A DNA stretch of 64,000 nucleotides from positions 22,384,001 to 22,448,000 of the forward strand of contig NW_024704742.1 in assembly GCF_018977255.1 (NCBI RefSeq), read 5' to 3'. This stretch comes from Callorhinchus milii. Its lineage: Eukaryota. The position numbers and the translations under genes are program-made. Below are positions 63,595 through 64,000 of this stretch, piece by piece (position 1 is the stretch's first letter; every line of letters starts with the position of its first letter). The notes under the pieces were generated by a model. The model had not been told where the DNA came from. It saw only the letters and a list, made by a program, of their open reading frames with translations, and did not search any database.

Positions 63595-63960
63595 TACAAC
63601 AACAACTTGCATTTATATAACATACCTCACGCAGGATTAGTGTCTCAGAGCACTTGACAGTGGTGGAGCATGGTGTTAAGCCAGGGGGAGAGGGGAGGTG
63701 ACCGTAGGCACAGTCGAATAGGAAGGTTTTCAGGCTTGACCTAAAGATGGGGAAAGATGGGGCAAGGCAGAAGGATTGAGGGAATGTTCCAGAGTTTTGG
63801 GGCATAGTGGCTGAAACTGCGGACGCTGATGGTGGAACAGAGTGCACGAGGGACAAGCAGGAGGCTGGAGCCAGTTGAATGTAGGGAACGGATAGTGGGT
63901 GTGGGAAATAAGCAGGTCAGAGAAGCAGCGAGATGCTAGGGCATGAGGGATTTAAAGGGT
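63595..63960 (-). mobile_element. L2 3' end fragment
   Basis: acaacaacaacttgcatttata...gaggggaggtgaccgtaggcacagtcgaataggaagg...gggaatgttccagag. Confidence 0.75.
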
Positions 63961-64000
63961 CAGTTAAGCACTTGTATTGAATACAATTAAATGCTTCTAA

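Noticed and set aside
63446..63657. Plus-strand exon-like ORF (DESSVTMSDTSNFPITP...)
   Set aside because: Good acceptor, but no donor before it runs into an L2 tail, and no recognisable homology.

Overview
This is eukaryotic vertebrate DNA, not prokaryotic: no operons, rRNA, true tRNA genes or CRISPR arrays are visible. The repeat mix (young tRNA-Ala-like CORE-type SINE with an L2-like 3' end and (TTA)n tail, Deu-domain SINEs, L2 and CR1 LINE fragments, a Penelope GIY-YIG remnant) suggests a cartilaginous fish, possibly a chimaera; this is an inference. The left third holds a spliced minus-strand gene I cannot name. Its promoter is a CpG island with an RFX X-box at about 21.35-21.44 kb. Its exons are a non-coding exon 1, coding exons 16673-16836 (GC-type donor) and 16063-16152, and probably a 543-nt exon at 115-657 with one in-frame TGA. 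A second CpG island at about 2.0-2.3 kb may be an internal promoter. Both islands share a layout: a GTGAGT-rich tandem array on the left and a C-rich (G-quadruplex-prone on the minus strand) minisatellite on the right that grades into degenerate units. All very long ORFs in the track are translations of these arrays. The right two thirds are AT-rich and repeat-littered, with nested transposon insertions, MITEs, a second X-box, enhancer-like blocks and a few orphan exon-like segments. All calls were made by eye; coordinates of old repeats are approximate.
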